A stretch of 64,000 bases of DNA from assembly GCA_005222975.1 (NCBI GenBank), contig NJBI01000001.1:64001-128000 (forward strand), read 5' to 3'. The notes beneath the pieces are model-generated. The model was given only the letters and a program-made list of their open reading frames with translations. It ran no database searches and had not been told where the DNA came from. Position numbers and translations under genes: made by a program. Positions within the stretch are counted from its first letter, which is position 1; each line of letters opens with the position of its first letter. Of this stretch, positions 39,280 to 49,715 are shown piece by piece. This DNA is from Promethearchaeota archaeon Loki_b31 (GTDB lineage Archaea > Asgardarchaeota > Lokiarchaeia > Sigyniarchaeales > SOKP01).

Positions 39280-40341
39280 CTATGCACCCGTCAAAGTTTT
39301 ATTCTTAAATTCTAATTTTTTGATAATTTTTTCAAAGATTTCTATAGCTTTAGATTTTTCACCTTTTTCCAAATTATTAAGGGCTTCCATACTTACTTGA
39401 GCTATTTCACTAACTGTTTCTTTTTTTGCTTCATTATATTGGGTTTCAAATTGTTTCAAACTATTTAAAACATCATCATCAAATAAATTCTTAATCTCAG
39501 CTTTAATTTTTCCAAAAAATTCTTTTGCTTGCTTTAAATTACCTTTATTGGGACCTGTTTTAAACGAATTATAGAATTCATCAATTTCCTTTTTTATTTT
39601 TTCTTGTTCGATTTTCAAACTATATATCATGTTTTCATCTTTTAATATTAGTTGCTGGGCTAAGGGAATTGAAGAAATGTTGTATTCATCTTCGTATTTT
39701 TTTTTGAAATCATCTACTAGGCTATGTGCCTCTCGATAATTCTCTACCTCCACTAACTGGTTAAAATTTTTAATTCCTTCCCTACTTTGATGTTCTATTT
39801 GGTGAAGAATTTCACTAGCGCTCTCTCTCGATTGAGCTTCGTTGATAAAGTTGATTTGATCTTGCTCAAGAGAAACATCGTCTATATCCTTGGCAAGGTT
39901 AACAATTTTCTGAGCAGCATTAATTGCCATATCGTAATTTTCTGAAATGAAATACTTATCTACCTTTTCTTTTAACCTGTTTATTTCAGAAAGAATTGGT
40001 AACAAATTAGTCTCTAGCTTTTTAATTCTAACTTTCAGGACCTCTTCTGTAATCCCAATAACATTTAAAAATTCCGCAGGTTCTAATCCTGATTCGATTG
40101 TAATGTTTCTTAAAATCTTTAATTCCGGATACTCACTTGAAATAGCTCCCCGTATTTGTGGGATAAGTTTTTTCAAGCTTTGCGAGACTTTTTTCCCAAT
40201 CCAAATATACACTAATCTTTGATTTGGCACGTAAAATGTTAAGATATCAAACAGAGTAAAGCTAAGGAGTATTTTCTCTTCTGAAATTTCCTTAAAGGTT
40301 CCAGAATAATTTAACTTAAAAATTTTAATATTAGAACTCAT
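39280..40341 (-). CDS. Single gelsolin-like domain fused to TPR-like helical repeats
   Basis: DILTF...VYIWIGKK.S...IESGLEPAEFL gelsolin-repeat pattern, then helical repeats. Confidence 0.75.
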   Translation of the reverse strand: MSSNIKIFKLNYSGTFKEISEEKILLSFTLFDILTFYVPNQRLVYIWIGKKVSQSLKKLIPQIRGAISSEYPELKILRNITIESGLEPAEFLNVIGITEEVLKVRIKKLETNLLPILSEINRLKEKVDKYFISENYDMAINAAQKIVNLAKDIDDVSLEQDQINFINEAQSRESASEILHQIEHQSREGIKNFNQLVEVENYREAHSLVDDFKKKYEDEYNISSIPLAQQLILKDENMIYSLKIEQEKIKKEIDEFYNSFKTGPNKGNLKQAKEFFGKIKAEIKNLFDDDVLNSLKQFETQYNEAKKETVSEIAQVSMEALNNLEKGEKSKAIEIFEKIIKKLEFKNKTLTGA

Positions 40342-40472
40342 CTATACAATCATTAAGTTATGATAATATTTCAATTTTCTTTAGTATAAATTAAAATTAT
40401 AATGTCCAATAAATATTTTAAGTTATCATAAGTGAAAAAAAAAAAAATGAAAAATAAAAAATTGATTAACTT

Positions 40473-43400
40473 TTAATTCTTAGAACTTTCAACGGGTTTC
40501 TTTATAATCTGTTTTGGTTTAGTAATTTGTTCTACGGGTCTTCCTTTCAATAATTTGGATGTCTTATTTAATTCACTTTGGTATTCAACACTGAAAGCTT
40601 TTTCTCTCTCCGTTATATCAATTCTTGGATTTTTTGTTTTTCCAAGTGTTTTAGAAAATTTTCTAACTTTTCTAACTGGTTTGGGATATTTCAAATATTT
40701 TTGGTAAGCGTAAATGTAACCTCCAATTATTATAGCCGCTGAAGTTATAGCAATTATCATGATTAAAATCAGTAATGCTTCTTCTGCGGGTGTAATAGCA
40801 CTCACCGTTATCTCAAAGTTTTCAAATTCATAATTATCTCCGTAATAGGCGGTAATAGTAATTTTAATAGTACCTTCAGGTATATTTTCAAAAACTATCT
40901 CATATATTCCATCATTGTCTGGATCCACAAGAAAACCATGTCCAAGAGCACCACTATATGACACAATTGCGCCTTTTATTGTTCCTCCAAAATCTAAATC
41001 ATATAATACGACTTTTATTGTTACTGCATCTCCGGGATGAACCGATATTTTTGAGATTCCATCCTCCGTGGTAATATTCGTATAAATTCGTCTGATGTCG
41101 ATTCTGAGATCGTTAGTCTGAAGTATGTAATTTTCTTTTTCTGCAGAAACTGCTATGATTCTTATCCCAATATCTAAAATGCTTGAATTGAATGTATAAG
41201 AATATTGTTTTAATGTTTTATCTTCAGTTAAACTATTTGATATCGCTCCAAATAAAGTAACTGTGGCATTTTCAATGTGATTACCACCTAAGTCAGTATA
41301 TCTTACAGTTATGTTTAAGAGTTTACCGATAGCAATATCAGTAGATGGATCAATAGTCATATTTATGCCATTTAGGTAAATTTCTAATAGCGTTCTCCTT
41401 TCAGTCACCTCCGTAATAAAGCGAATCGATTTAGGGTTATAATTAGTCAAATTAGCAAAAATTGATAAATAATCAATCCCTAAACCTAATTCAGAAGCAT
41501 TCAACAAAAAACTATATTGACCAAGGATGGGTTTTTCTACGAACGACTCGGAAAGTCCCCCTCCAGCTAACTTTATTGTCGCTCCACCTAAATGATTAGA
41601 AGAGGCATCTTTATAAGTGACTGTAATATTTAATTTTTGCCAAAATTCAATTGAAACTACATCGTCTTCATATTTTTCAGTGCCATTTATAAATAATTCT
41701 AAAAATGACGCTTTTTCAGTTATAAAAATCCTAATTGGAATAGATTGTGGTTGGTACATGTTAGCTTTAACTGTAATTATCATTGAATATAGCTTATCTG
41801 GCTGGTATCCTGGACCAGAAGCATTACAAGTGAGCGTATACACACCTTGAGTAACCATAACAAAGTGCTGTTCACCTGCCCAATTTGTCGAAAGATTATT
41901 TGTTTCAATTCCAATACCACTATATATTTCAGTATAATTAAATTGAATTGTAAAATTCTGCTCGAAAGGAACGCCAGTAAAATAGTCATTATCAACTGTA
42001 AGAATTGTATTTTTGATGATGCTAATTGTAATGTTTGCTTCACTACTTACAAAAGCAGGCGAATTTGCATAGATCGTCAATGTATTATTGCCCGCATTTG
42101 GAGCTCCAGTAACATTAAATTCAAGAAAGTAATAACCTGGACTTATTTCATTAAAATATTGGATTATTGAAGGGTGAGTAAAATTATAAGTATAAATAAT
42201 CGCATTTTCGATCGCATCAAAGTTTTCTAAATCGTTGAATGATACTCTTAAATTTAATACTGAACCATCAATTATATCCTCATAAAAGCTGATGTCTGGT
42301 ATAAGCTCAGAATCGTGCCTAACGCTAAATTTTTTATAAATAATCCCTGTTTCGTTCAAACCATAAATTGAGTAAGAATTATTCCACGTTATAATTGCTT
42401 CATATTCTCCAACTTCATAATTAGGTGGTACCGAGGGAATTTGAAACGCATTGAAATGAACATAACCATTAGAGTCAACTGAAGCAAATTGACTTTGACC
42501 AGACCATAAAGTGCCATTCGGAAACCTAATTTGGAGAAATGCTTTTGTATTTTGAATGTAGCTTGAAACCTCTAGAGAATTTGTAATTTTTGCTGTAATA
42601 TTAATATAATCGCCGCTTAAGAAGTTGTCATTTCGAACCCAGGTTCCCGTCGCGTTATTAAAGATCGTTAAATCTTCGCAATAGTTAGGTGAAATCGCTT
42701 CAAACTTCCAAAATCCGTCTGGATTAGTAGAAATTATATCTACTGGTATCACTAATCTTCCGGGTAAAGAATTATCGCATAAGATTAATATATTGGAAGA
42801 AGGATTTTCAGGTTCAAAAACAGCGGTAATAACAACATCAGTAGGGAATTCAAGCAGCATTTCTGATTCTGAATATCCCGTTGGAATAGCAATAAATCCA
42901 TAACTCTCCCAATTCACAGAACTTACATTATTTACAGAAAAGATAGTTCCTAAAGAATCAGCATAAGTTTCGTAATTTGTTTCGGGCGCATTCTTTATCC
43001 CGTATAGATTTAAATTACTCCTCAAGTTGATGTCGTAATTTCCTAATTCTCCTACATCAGTACTGCTGAAATTTGCAAAAACTTTAGTAGATTCCCAATC
43101 TCCTTCAATTTCAACAGTTCCGCGACCCCAGTCAATATCTTGTACAATTGTCTGGTTCATATTTAACTCAATATAGGATGGAAGAACTTTAGCTTCAACA
43201 ATTAGTTCTACATTATCAACATATATCCTTTGATAATCGTCGTTAGCAAAACCAGAAAAGTTTCCCCCTCCTACACATTCTAAAACAAGATTTATATCAA
43301 GTATAGAATTGTTTAAAGGCTCATTTGGAAAAATATTAGATGAATTAGTCCAAATATTTTGAGGAATAGTAAAACTGTGCCATGTATTTACTCCATACTG

Positions 43401-44174
43401 TAATAGTGTGTAAGTACCTATAGAATAAACTCTTTTAGCATTTAAATATATAGAAAATGCCCATGAATTAAATTGAGCCAAATGATTTGGATAGAGATCA
43501 AATTTTAGATTACTATCTATCATTTTTCCACGTGGTATTTGTAAAGAACTGCTCCACCAACATTTATCATCAGGATCATATGTGCTCCATGGAGGTACAA
43601 CCGTTTCGTCGTCATCCATTCTTAATTCTAAACAATCGTGTCCTCCAATATTCGATAAATAATTACCGCTCATAGGATTAGTACCGAGACCTGTATCATT
43701 ATATTCAAAAGTCCAGTTTTGATAATTATTATGAATCCATGTAGTGTCGTTTTCACCAGCATTAGCCGTACCGTTATCAGCACCATAGTTGAAAGTAGCA
43801 TTATTCCAATTTCGCTCGTCAACCAATCCCTCTATTTCTGCGCTCATTTTATACCCTTTCCAACCACTACCTAAAGGTATATCAACCATGCCATAATCCC
43901 CTTCAGTAAAGCTTACCAGTAGGTCGTAATCCGTTCTGTTTGCCAAGTGAGTTAAGTTCCAAGGTGCACCAATCCCACTATGTATATTATCAAAAGATAG
44001 ATCTTGCCCATTTAACATGTTTTCAAGATTAAAATCGTCTTTTTGAATATTTTTAGCATCAGTATGAATCAGCGAATCAAAGGAAAGTTTAGAAAAGTCA
44101 AGAATTAAAAGTAGAATTAATATTGACCCAATTATAACCAAGCGATGATATTTTTTCTGAGTTTTTATCCTCAT
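40473..44174 (-). CDS. Large surface glycoprotein, class A (signal/TM - beta-rich ectodomain with Ig-like repeats - TM - conserved basic tail)
   Basis: Hydrophobic N-terminus, many NxS/T sequons, repeated NITVxY..GA.V..Y units, C-terminal TM then KYPKPVRKVRK. Confidence 0.85.
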   Translation of the reverse strand: MRIKTQKKYHRLVIIGSILILLLILDFSKLSFDSLIHTDAKNIQKDDFNLENMLNGQDLSFDNIHSGIGAPWNLTHLANRTDYDLLVSFTEGDYGMVDIPLGSGWKGYKMSAEIEGLVDERNWNNATFNYGADNGTANAGENDTTWIHNNYQNWTFEYNDTGLGTNPMSGNYLSNIGGHDCLELRMDDDETVVPPWSTYDPDDKCWWSSSLQIPRGKMIDSNLKFDLYPNHLAQFNSWAFSIYLNAKRVYSIGTYTLLQYGVNTWHSFTIPQNIWTNSSNIFPNEPLNNSILDINLVLECVGGGNFSGFANDDYQRIYVDNVELIVEAKVLPSYIELNMNQTIVQDIDWGRGTVEIEGDWESTKVFANFSSTDVGELGNYDINLRSNLNLYGIKNAPETNYETYADSLGTIFSVNNVSSVNWESYGFIAIPTGYSESEMLLEFPTDVVITAVFEPENPSSNILILCDNSLPGRLVIPVDIISTNPDGFWKFEAISPNYCEDLTIFNNATGTWVRNDNFLSGDYINITAKITNSLEVSSYIQNTKAFLQIRFPNGTLWSGQSQFASVDSNGYVHFNAFQIPSVPPNYEVGEYEAIITWNNSYSIYGLNETGIIYKKFSVRHDSELIPDISFYEDIIDGSVLNLRVSFNDLENFDAIENAIIYTYNFTHPSIIQYFNEISPGYYFLEFNVTGAPNAGNNTLTIYANSPAFVSSEANITISIIKNTILTVDNDYFTGVPFEQNFTIQFNYTEIYSGIGIETNNLSTNWAGEQHFVMVTQGVYTLTCNASGPGYQPDKLYSMIITVKANMYQPQSIPIRIFITEKASFLELFINGTEKYEDDVVSIEFWQKLNITVTYKDASSNHLGGATIKLAGGGLSESFVEKPILGQYSFLLNASELGLGIDYLSIFANLTNYNPKSIRFITEVTERRTLLEIYLNGINMTIDPSTDIAIGKLLNITVRYTDLGGNHIENATVTLFGAISNSLTEDKTLKQYSYTFNSSILDIGIRIIAVSAEKENYILQTNDLRIDIRRIYTNITTEDGISKISVHPGDAVTIKVVLYDLDFGGTIKGAIVSYSGALGHGFLVDPDNDGIYEIVFENIPEGTIKITITAYYGDNYEFENFEITVSAITPAEEALLILIMIIAITSAAIIIGGYIYAYQKYLKYPKPVRKVRKFSKTLGKTKNPRIDITEREKAFSVEYQSELNKTSKLLKGRPVEQITKPKQIIKKPVESSKN

Positions 44175-44176
44175 CT

Positions 44177-47100
44177 TTATGTATTACCTCCTTCTGTAGG
44201 TGTTTTATCAGATTCAATAAATAATTTTTTCTTGGTAAATTTATCCGTTTGAATGATGCTTTCTGAGGGCTTCCCTTTTAAAAATTTAGAACTTTTACCA
44301 ATCTCATCTTTAAACCGATTATCGAAAGCTTTTTTGCGAGGAATGACGCTTATATTTGGCGATTTCGTTTTTCTTAAAGTTCTCCGATATTTTCTAACCT
44401 TTCTTATTGGTTTTGGGTATTGTAATACTCTTTTATATAATATCAGATAACTAACTAATGAAATTACTGTAGTGATAGCTGCGATTAATAGAATTAGAAA
44501 GAGTAAAAATTCAAATGGAGGATTTATTACCGTAATTGTCACTTCATACCTCTCAAACTCATAATCATCACCCTTAGTGGCAGTGATAGTAATTACATAT
44601 GATCCAACAGGTACATTCGTTAAATCTATCTCATATATTCCATCTGAATTAAGATCAATAAGCTCTCCCTCTCCAAATTGCCATCTATATATTACATTTG
44701 CATATTTAATAGTTCCTCCAAAAACCTCATCAGTCAAAACTACTCGAAGAGGAATGATACTTCCAAATTGAGCCGTTATAATTGATTCACCAGTGACAGT
44801 TGAAATATTTGTCTTAATTCTTTGAATATTTAATCTTAGATTGTCAGTTTGAAGCTGAAAGTTTGCTCTTGTCGCTTCAAGAGTGATTAGTCTAACTCCT
44901 ATATCTAATTGAGCTGTATTTAAAACATACGAATATTGTTCAAATAATAGGTTTTCACTTAATATTCCACTAAAATCGCCAGATAGTTGTAATAAAGCCC
45001 CTTGCACATGTTTGTTATCGGCGTCCATATATTTTACAGTGACATTTAATATTTGACCAATAGTAAGACCCTGTGTTGGATCGTCAGTTACATTTATTCC
45101 ATTAAATAGAATTTGAATGTTAGTCGGTTTTTCTATAATCTCTGCTATAAATGGTATAGATTGTGGTTCATAATTGACCAATTCAGCAAAAATAATAAGA
45201 TTATCTATTCCTTGTCCTAAATCAGTAGCGTCTAAAATAATATCATATTGATTAAAAGAAGGATTTTCGTTTAATTGGTATGAGATAGACTCACCTGTTA
45301 TATTAATATTTGCTCCACTCAAAGGATTTCCAAGAATATCTTTATAAAAAACTGTAATATTAAGTTTTTCCCATACATCAACTGTATATATATCATTAGG
45401 TTGTATTGCAGTATTATTAATAAATAATTCCAAAGACGATTTAAGCTCAGTAATAAAAACTTTTATCGCTATAGATTTAGCTTCGTATTCGTAATCATCT
45501 ACATAAAGATTTAGAGTGTAAAGCTGACCTGCAATATATCCGATAGTGCTACAAGTTAAGTTATATCTCCCTTGGGCAATTGTGACGAAAGAATAATTTC
45601 CTAACCAATCCGTCGAGAGAGAATCAGCATCTATTCCTATACTAGATGATTTTTCAGTATAATTGAATTGTATAGTAAAATTCTGTTCAAAGGGAACATT
45701 ATTTAAAAAATCGTTATCAACTGTAAGCTCTGTCTCTCTGATAATTCCAATTTTAATAATTACTAGTTTATTCACATAATTAGATGAATTAGCGTATATA
45801 GTTAAGGAATTATTACCTAATACCCCCCCACCTACGTTAAATTCGAGAAAATAATAACCAGGACTTATTTCGCTAAAATATTGTACTACCGAAGGATGAG
45901 TAAAATTAAACACATATACATGAGCATTTATTATTGGTTCGCCATTTATTATATCGTAGAAGGATACTTTTAAATTAAAGTTAGAATCCTCTATTATATC
46001 CCCATAAAAAAATTCGTCTGGTATAAGCTCGGAATCGTGAATAATGCTAAATTCTTTATAAATAATTCCTGTTTCGTTCAAACCATAAAAAGAATAAGAG
46101 TTATTCCATGTTATAATTGCTTCATATTCTCCAACTTCATAATTCGGTGGAATTGAGGGTATTTGAAAAGGGTTGAAATAAACATTGCCACTAGAATCAA
46201 CTGAAGCAAATTGACTATGGTCAGCCCATAAAGTACCATTAGGAAACCTAATTTGGAGAAAAGCTTTTGTATTTTGAATGTAACTAGATACTTCTGGAGA
46301 ATTTGTAATTTTCGCTGTAATGTTAATATAATCGCCGCTTAAAAAGTATTTACTTTGAATCCAAGCTCCCGTTGCATTGTTATAGATTGCTAAATCTTCG
46401 CAATAATTAGGTGAAATAGCTTCAAACTTCCAAAACCCATCTGGAGTAATGGAGATATCTTTTACAGGTAGGAATAAAACACCTGGAGTCGAGTTATCAC
46501 ACTGGCTAAGAATGTTCAAAGAAGGGTTTTGAGGATCAAAAACGCCAGTAATAACAACATCAGAGGGAAAATTAATTTTCATATCAGTTTCCTCATACTT
46601 CGTAGGTACCTTAACTCGACCATAACATAACCAATTAACTGAACTTTCATTATTTACCGAAAACTGAGTTCCAAGAGACCCTTCATTAGTTTCATAATTA
46701 CTTTCAGGCGTATGTTTTATCGCATAAAGGTTTAAATTCGTTAAAAGATCGATAGAAAAAGCTCCCAATTGGCCAACATCATCGCTACTAAAATTAGTAT
46801 ATACCTTCCCATCAGCACTCTGCCAATTACCATTAATTTCTATTTTTCCTTTCCCCCAACTAATATCTTCCACAATTGTATTATTAATTTTTAATTTTAT
46901 GTCTGAAGGTTGAGCTTCAGCTTTAGTTATTAATTCTACATTATCAATAATGACTTGCTGATAATCTATATTTTCACCATCTTCAAACCCATAACTTGCG
47001 CTGGTTGCGGTATACTCTAAAGCGATTTCAATATTAATCATTGAATCGTTTAAGAATGTTGTTGAATATACATCAGATGTGTTTATCCAAAGACCCTGAG

Positions 47101-47920
47101 GAACTGTAAAGTTATGCCACGTATTTTGGCCTCGCTGTTTTAATGTAAATAAACCTTCAGAAAAAACTTGAATACCATTTAAAAATACTCTGAACTCCCA
47201 AGAGTTAAAACTTATAATGTGAATTGGATTTACTTGAAACTTTAACCAACTATCAATGACCCTCCCTCTTGGAACATGAAAAGAACTAGACCATGAACAC
47301 TTATCTCCAGTATCATATCTATAACGATCACCACCTGAACCAGAATGCCATGACCCACCCATTCTTAATTCTAAACTATCATGGTTTTGAGTATTAATTG
47401 GTGTAATAACATTTTCATCTAAATAATTACCAGACATAACATTTGGGTAACCAATAGCATCATTTACCTGAAATGTCCAATTTTGGTAACTATTTGCGAT
47501 ATATAACGAATCATTTGCTCCAGTAGCATATGTATTATTATCACCAAAATGAAAAGTACCATTGTTCCAATTTCTTGAATCAAATAAATCATTTATCGAA
47601 GCATTTAGACTATATCCAACCCAATCGCTTTCTAATGGTACGTCTACTATATCATGTGAATCGTTGCCAAATTTTACGGGAAGATTATAATCCGTACGAT
47701 TTGCCCAATGAGTAATATTCCATGCATCTCCTATACCATCATACTTATTATCAGAAGTAAGATCGTTATTTTTAGGAATATCTATAATGTTTTCAACTAT
47801 TTTTCCATTTAAATTATTTGGGATGTAGTTAACATTTATTATAGCTGTGTTTACTACGAAAATACTTAACAGAGTCAATAACGCGTACAACTTCTTCTTT
47901 CTATTTGTTGCTAAATTCAT
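44177..47920 (-). CDS. Large surface glycoprotein, class A paralog
   Basis: Colinear with 40473-44174; tail QYPKPIRKVRK; its 3' end contains the GGAGG for the next gene. Confidence 0.85.
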   Translation of the reverse strand: MNLATNRKKKLYALLTLLSIFVVNTAIINVNYIPNNLNGKIVENIIDIPKNNDLTSDNKYDGIGDAWNITHWANRTDYNLPVKFGNDSHDIVDVPLESDWVGYSLNASINDLFDSRNWNNGTFHFGDNNTYATGANDSLYIANSYQNWTFQVNDAIGYPNVMSGNYLDENVITPINTQNHDSLELRMGGSWHSGSGGDRYRYDTGDKCSWSSSFHVPRGRVIDSWLKFQVNPIHIISFNSWEFRVFLNGIQVFSEGLFTLKQRGQNTWHNFTVPQGLWINTSDVYSTTFLNDSMINIEIALEYTATSASYGFEDGENIDYQQVIIDNVELITKAEAQPSDIKLKINNTIVEDISWGKGKIEINGNWQSADGKVYTNFSSDDVGQLGAFSIDLLTNLNLYAIKHTPESNYETNEGSLGTQFSVNNESSVNWLCYGRVKVPTKYEETDMKINFPSDVVITGVFDPQNPSLNILSQCDNSTPGVLFLPVKDISITPDGFWKFEAISPNYCEDLAIYNNATGAWIQSKYFLSGDYINITAKITNSPEVSSYIQNTKAFLQIRFPNGTLWADHSQFASVDSSGNVYFNPFQIPSIPPNYEVGEYEAIITWNNSYSFYGLNETGIIYKEFSIIHDSELIPDEFFYGDIIEDSNFNLKVSFYDIINGEPIINAHVYVFNFTHPSVVQYFSEISPGYYFLEFNVGGGVLGNNSLTIYANSSNYVNKLVIIKIGIIRETELTVDNDFLNNVPFEQNFTIQFNYTEKSSSIGIDADSLSTDWLGNYSFVTIAQGRYNLTCSTIGYIAGQLYTLNLYVDDYEYEAKSIAIKVFITELKSSLELFINNTAIQPNDIYTVDVWEKLNITVFYKDILGNPLSGANINITGESISYQLNENPSFNQYDIILDATDLGQGIDNLIIFAELVNYEPQSIPFIAEIIEKPTNIQILFNGINVTDDPTQGLTIGQILNVTVKYMDADNKHVQGALLQLSGDFSGILSENLLFEQYSYVLNTAQLDIGVRLITLEATRANFQLQTDNLRLNIQRIKTNISTVTGESIITAQFGSIIPLRVVLTDEVFGGTIKYANVIYRWQFGEGELIDLNSDGIYEIDLTNVPVGSYVITITATKGDDYEFERYEVTITVINPPFEFLLFLILLIAAITTVISLVSYLILYKRVLQYPKPIRKVRKYRRTLRKTKSPNISVIPRKKAFDNRFKDEIGKSSKFLKGKPSESIIQTDKFTKKKLFIESDKTPTEGGNT

Positions 47921-48074
47921 ATTCTTTATACCTTTTTTTAATTTTAAAAATGATTAATAAAAGATGTCAATATTAATAATTAGTAAAATTATTCTTTTAA
48001 ATTAATTTACTAATGTTTAGTCGAAATAATAAATAATGCAAAAAATAGTTAAAATAAAATATTCTAGAAATTTA

Positions 48075-49715
48075 TTATTTTGGTAATACTCCTTCTTTTT
48101 TGTCGAGTAATTTATCTCTCAGTATTTTTCCATTCATCTGGGTGCCTTTTAGAATTTTGTCCGTTTTCTTTAGCTCATCGTGATAATTCATATTGAAAGC
48201 CGTCTTGCGCGTAACAATTTTCAAATCAGGACCTTTTTCTTTTGTTAAAGTCTTATTATATTTACGGATCTTTCGAACAGGAACGGGATATCTCCATACT
48301 TTAATGTAAGCTATTAAAAACCCCGTTAATGCTACTGCCGCTACGAGAGCAATTATAAATATTCCACTAAAAAACCAGGGTGCTTCTTCAGTGTCAGGAA
48401 TGAACTCCGTATAAGAAATCTCTAAATATACATCTGTTATCGAAATAGTGATGTTTTGATTTAACGCAAAAGTGTCTGCTAAAAATACTTGAATTGAAAC
48501 TGAGATATTAACGTCTTTTAAAATTAAACTTGTTACGTCAAAACCTCCTGTTTTTGCTTCTTGAAAAATGGTGTCTGCTGAGCTTAACTTAATTGTTTCT
48601 AACAAAGAATTATCATTTATAAAAAAGCGTATTTCCGAATTTGGAGATGAATCGACTGGCCATAGCTGGTCAATTTTATATTGAAATTTGAGATTTCCTT
48701 CAGTAATTTCGATATTTTCTCCACTGAGAGTGTTTCCAATTTGGTTCCAAGATGCTGTGGTAAAGCGATCAATCTTTTTTTCGTAAGTAAATGTGAGATT
48801 ACAAGATTTTATCAGTAACGAATCCCATCTATCCCTATCATTCAACCAATTGTCCTCACACCATATTCGCATCCCTATTGTTACAGTGAAATTTCGATTA
48901 TCACTTGTTAAGACGGAAGTAAGATAAAAAATCAAATCTTCTTCTGAGACTGTTGTCATAAATGTATCTGTCATATAATCATATGCTCCAGCTGAATCTT
49001 TTCCAAGATCAACAGTTTGATTGTAAGCAACTTCATAGATTTTACTTTTTGTCAAATCTGATAATAGGATATAGAACCTAACATAGTCCCATGTATAATT
49101 CTGAGTGTTTCCTGAACCCGTAGCATCACCAGGAGCTTCTATTCCCCCACCACCTGATGCTCCTGGGGAAGCTGTAACTGTAGCATTAACTAATGCTGAA
49201 AGCGATGCAGATGTAATTATATAATCGGACATATCAATTGGCATTGTAACATTTCTATCCCAATGTACGCTTGGAAATTGATCAGCTTGTTCATTATACT
49301 CATGAAAAACTTCACAACCATAGGGTTCTATTGTGCCTGTATCTGGATATAAGGGGAATTCAGGATTATGAACCTTTGTCCATTCTGAACTTAAAGGTGT
49401 ACCAGATATATTTGAATAACTTCTTTGTTCGCCTATTATTTCATAACTCGCTTGGCCAAAGCTAGAAATGGGATTCACATCAGAAGCGTCTCCTTGAACT
49501 TGACTTTCCCATGGATCAACTGGTATTGAAAAATTAGAATTTTTCAACCATTGTTCTTCGTATTCGTATATCGTTGAAAGGTTAAGTGAATTGTATCCGT
49601 AATTTTTCTTTAAATTCTGGTTTTGAATATTTAAAGAACTTAAGAATATCATACCTGAAATTAAAAATAACGTTATAAAATATACTGATTTCTTTTTTAT
49701 TCGCAATTTATTCAT
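48075..49715 (-). CDS. Surface glycoprotein, class B (~550-aa unit) with conserved basic tail
   Basis: Signal/TM; ectodomain motifs DMSDYIITSAS, LIFYL, WCED, SPNSE; TM then RYPVPVRKIRK. Confidence 0.85.
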   Translation of the reverse strand: MNKLRIKKKSVYFITLFLISGMIFLSSLNIQNQNLKKNYGYNSLNLSTIYEYEEQWLKNSNFSIPVDPWESQVQGDASDVNPISSFGQASYEIIGEQRSYSNISGTPLSSEWTKVHNPEFPLYPDTGTIEPYGCEVFHEYNEQADQFPSVHWDRNVTMPIDMSDYIITSASLSALVNATVTASPGASGGGGIEAPGDATGSGNTQNYTWDYVRFYILLSDLTKSKIYEVAYNQTVDLGKDSAGAYDYMTDTFMTTVSEEDLIFYLTSVLTSDNRNFTVTIGMRIWCEDNWLNDRDRWDSLLIKSCNLTFTYEKKIDRFTTASWNQIGNTLSGENIEITEGNLKFQYKIDQLWPVDSSPNSEIRFFINDNSLLETIKLSSADTIFQEAKTGGFDVTSLILKDVNISVSIQVFLADTFALNQNITISITDVYLEISYTEFIPDTEEAPWFFSGIFIIALVAAVALTGFLIAYIKVWRYPVPVRKIRKYNKTLTKEKGPDLKIVTRKTAFNMNYHDELKKTDKILKGTQMNGKILRDKLLDKKEGVLPK

